The translations under genes and the position numbers were made by a program. A DNA stretch of 64,000 bases from Octopus sinensis. Taxonomy: Eukaryota. The stretch lies in NCBI RefSeq assembly GCF_006345805.1, contig NC_043002.1, positions 8,928,001 to 8,992,000 of the forward strand, in the 5' to 3' direction. The notes under the pieces were generated by a model. The model did not search any database, had not been told where the DNA came from, and worked only from the letters and a program-made list of their open reading frames with translations. This document shows positions 61,198-64,000 of the stretch, piece after piece. Every line of letters begins with the position of its first letter. The stretch's first letter is position 1.

Positions 61198-62237
61198 TAG
61201 GCCTCACTGAGGAAATGACCAGAGACCGAGACCTTTGGAAATATTCTGTACGTGAGAAGACCAGGCAGGACAAGTGAGCCCAGCCCACTTATGAATGCCT
61301 TTCCTCCCTTGGACACAAAGACCGGTTGAGGCAAGCGAAGTCGATATAGAACCTCATCCGACGACAGACACCCATCCCAACCCCCCATGCTTGCGAAGAC
61401 ATGTTGGGGCAAGCGAAATCGAAACCGAATTGAACCAGCCAGGATCCCTGGCCTGGTGGTACGTAAAAGCACTATCCGACTCGGGGCCGTGGCACGTAAA
61501 ATACTCCAATGCGACCGTACGACAGGCACCCATGCCAACCCCCTTTGCTTGTGAAGACATGTTGGGGCAAGCGAAATCGAAATCGAATTGAACCAGCCAG
61601 GATCCCTGGTCTGGTGGTACGTAAAGCACTATCCGACTCGTGGCCGTGGCACGTAAAATACTCCAATGCGACCGTACGACAGGCACCCTTGCCAACCCCC
61701 TTTGCTTGTGAAGACATGTTGGGGCAAGCGAAATCGAAATCGAATTGAACCAGCCAGTATCCCTGGTCTGGTGGTACGTAAAGCACTATCCGACTCGTGG
61801 CCGTGGCACGTAAAATACTCCAATGCGACCGTACGACAGGCACCCTTGCCAACCCCCTTTGCTTGTGAAGACATGTTGGGGCAAGCGAAATCGAAATCGA
61901 ATTGAACCAGCCAGGATCCCTGGTCTGGTGGTACGTAAAAAGCACTATCCGACTCGTGGCCGATGCCAGCACCGCCTCGACTGGCTTCCGTGCCGGTGGC
62001 ACATAAAATACACCAATCTGACCGTGGCCGTTGCCAGCCCCGCCTGGCACCTGTGCAGGTGGCACGTAAAAAGCACCCACTACACTCACGGAGTGGTTGG
62101 CGTTAGGAAGGGCATCCAGCTGTAGAAACATTGCCAAATTAGACTGGAGCCTGGTGCAGCCTTCTGGCTTCCCAGAACCCCGGTCGAACCGTCCAACCCA
62201 TGCTAGCATGGAGAACGGACGTTAAACGACGACGACA
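61198..62237 (+). mobile_element. 5'-truncated RTE (ORF end GLTEEMTRDRDLWKYSVREKT*, 3'UTR with 157-bp tandem repeats)
   Basis: GCTTG.GAAGACATG recurs at 61389, 61547, 61704 and 61861; conserved terminal block; (GAC)n tail. Confidence 0.9.
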
Positions 62238-62574
62238 TAATATATGTATATATATATATGATTGATTGATTGATTCTAGTTTCAGCTCATGAGCTGTGGC
62301 CATGCTGGGGCACCGCCATATATATATAATTAGAAAAAAAACACCTTTTATCAATTCAAAATGAACAATTAAATTACACCATCTAGAAAATTACATATAA
62401 TAGAAATATTAAAAATAAAATAACAATAATATACTGATGATTAAATAAATTGCAAAATAATAATAAAAACATATATCATCATCATCATCATCATTTAGCG
62501 TCCGCTTTCCATGCTGACATGGGTTGGACGGTGCAACTGGGGTCTGGGAAGCCAGAAGGCTGCACCAGGCCCAT

Positions 62575-64000
62575 TTCATTTCATTTCATTTCATTTGAGT
62601 TTGAGTCCATGCTCAGGCCAAGTCGAAGACTCCACCCTTAGAGTCTGGTGTGGTTGCCAGGTTGTATTCTCTGTTTAATTTTGACCTGTGTAGGAGCGAG
62701 TTTGAGTCAGTTTGTGCTCATTGTGTATATCCTGGGAGATGGGGTTCATCTCTAATGGTGCTTAAGTATCTATACAGCTGCAATTTGAATGATTCCACAC
62801 TGCATCCTGATAGATTTCTGACATGTACCGGAATGGAGTTGAATAGTTGTGCTCCTCGAACCAACAGACTTGACTCTCGCAGGGTTTTTGCTGCCTGGCC
62901 AGCCTTTTTGTTGATTGGTGGTAGCTGGCAGCGTCTTCCGTGGCGCAGTGAGTGGTAGGTTTTGATACCAAAGTTTGGCACCTTTTGCTCTATCATTTTC
63001 CAAATGTATATAATTCGGTATCGCTCAAATCTTCTTTCTATTGAGTACATCTTCAAGGTTTTGAGTCTTTGCCAATAGTCCAGGTCCCTCGTTTCTGAGA
63101 AGTATGAGGTAAAATTTCTTTGGAGCGATTCCATCTTAGATAGTTGGCCCTTTGTTGTTGGTGACCACAACTGAGAACAGTAGTCAATCCTCGGAAGTAT
63201 CATACTGTTCCAGAGGGTTTTCATTGTTGAGGTATCTCTTGATTTGAAGGTGCGCAAGATCCACCCGCTGTCTAAAGACTCCGCCGGTTACGACGACGAG
63301 GGTCCCAGCTGATACGATCAACGGAACAGCTTGCTCGTGAAATTAACGTGCAAATGGCTGAGCATTCCACAGACACGTGTACCCTTAATGTAGCTCTCGG
63401 GGATAATCAGCGTGACACAGAGAGTGACAAGGCTGACCCTTTGAAATACAAGTACAACTCATTTTTGCCAGCTGAGTGGACTGGAGCAACGTGAAATAAA
63501 GTGTCTTGCTCAAGGACACAACGCATCACCGGGAATCGAAATCACAACCTTACGATCATGAGCCGAATGCCCTAACCACTAAGCCACGCGCCCTCACTCC
63601 ACCCGCTGTACTTTCTTGCAGTAAGACAGACTGAGTCAAGGTGTTCTCTGAATTTTAGGCTGGTTCCCATGTGGATGCCTAAATCTTTCACATACTGTTT
63701 TTCCATTATTTGTTGTCCTGATGGGTTTCTGTAGTTTGTTGTATTTTTCAGATCTTGATCTGTTCCGTAGTGAATTAGTTAAAACTTCTTATCATTGAAC
63801 AACATGTTGTTTGTTTCCTGCCATTTATATATGGTGGTCAGGTCCTTTTGTAAGGCCTCTGTATCCACCTCGTCTTTGATTTGTCTCATGACCCTGGTGT
63901 CATCAGCAAAGGATGAGACGTTGCTGGTTGTATCTTCATCTATGTCAGAGATGAGGAGGAGAAACAGGATTGGGCCGAGTACTGTACCCTGAGGAACACT
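62575..64000 (-). mobile_element. CR1-clade LINE, RT 3' part with (AAATG)n tail, continues beyond the window
   Basis: VPQGTVLGPILFLLLISD; SFADDT; LPRIDYCSQLWSP; ESLQRNFT; LFNSIP. Confidence 0.93.
63272..63597 (-). mobile_element. tRNA-derived CORE-like SINE (family E) nested in CR1 with 12-bp TSD
   Basis: A box TGGCTTAGTGG, B-box-like ATTTCGATTCCC, GTGTCCTTGAGCAAGACAC; TSD TCCACCCGCTGT at 63260-63271 and 63598-63609; removal restores KYSGWILRTFKS. Confidence 0.9.

Noticed and set aside
61389-61960. CRISPR-like or satellite array
   Set aside because: Units are contiguous with no unique spacers and lie inside an RTE 3'UTR in a eukaryotic genome.

Overview
AT-rich, microsatellite- and repeat-dense animal genomic DNA. 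The SINE/LINE repertoire is most consistent with an octopus (cephalopod) genome, which is an inference. Two spliced protein-coding genes can be rebuilt by hand, both on the minus strand and largely missed by the ORF track. (1) A rolling stone-like / FAR-17a-AIG1-family membrane protein with exons 58197-58419, 52155-52265 and 48807-49198; its first coding exon was not found. (2) An unrecognised cysteine-rich, signal-peptide-bearing glycoprotein with exons 23814-23823, 22894-23054, 22158-22289, 21802-22032 and a last exon starting at 21692. Almost everything else is mobile DNA: RTE, CR1, R4/Dong-like, HERO-like and Penelope-like retroelement fragments, at least four tRNA-derived SINE families, mariner/Tc1/maT remnants, a Merlin transposase remnant with Merlin-type MITEs, non-autonomous Helitrons and several fold-back elements. 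The most striking structure is a head-to-tail pair of ~1.9-2.0 kb retroposons (30276-34198). Each encodes only a Gag/ORF1-like CCHC protein with no reverse transcriptase, carries a conserved 3'UTR stem-loop, and ends in the same 3' tail as a SINE family that is abundant in the window. This suggests an ORF1-only (HAL1-like) element and a SINE that parasitise the same unseen LINE. All alignments and translations were done by eye; no database search was run.
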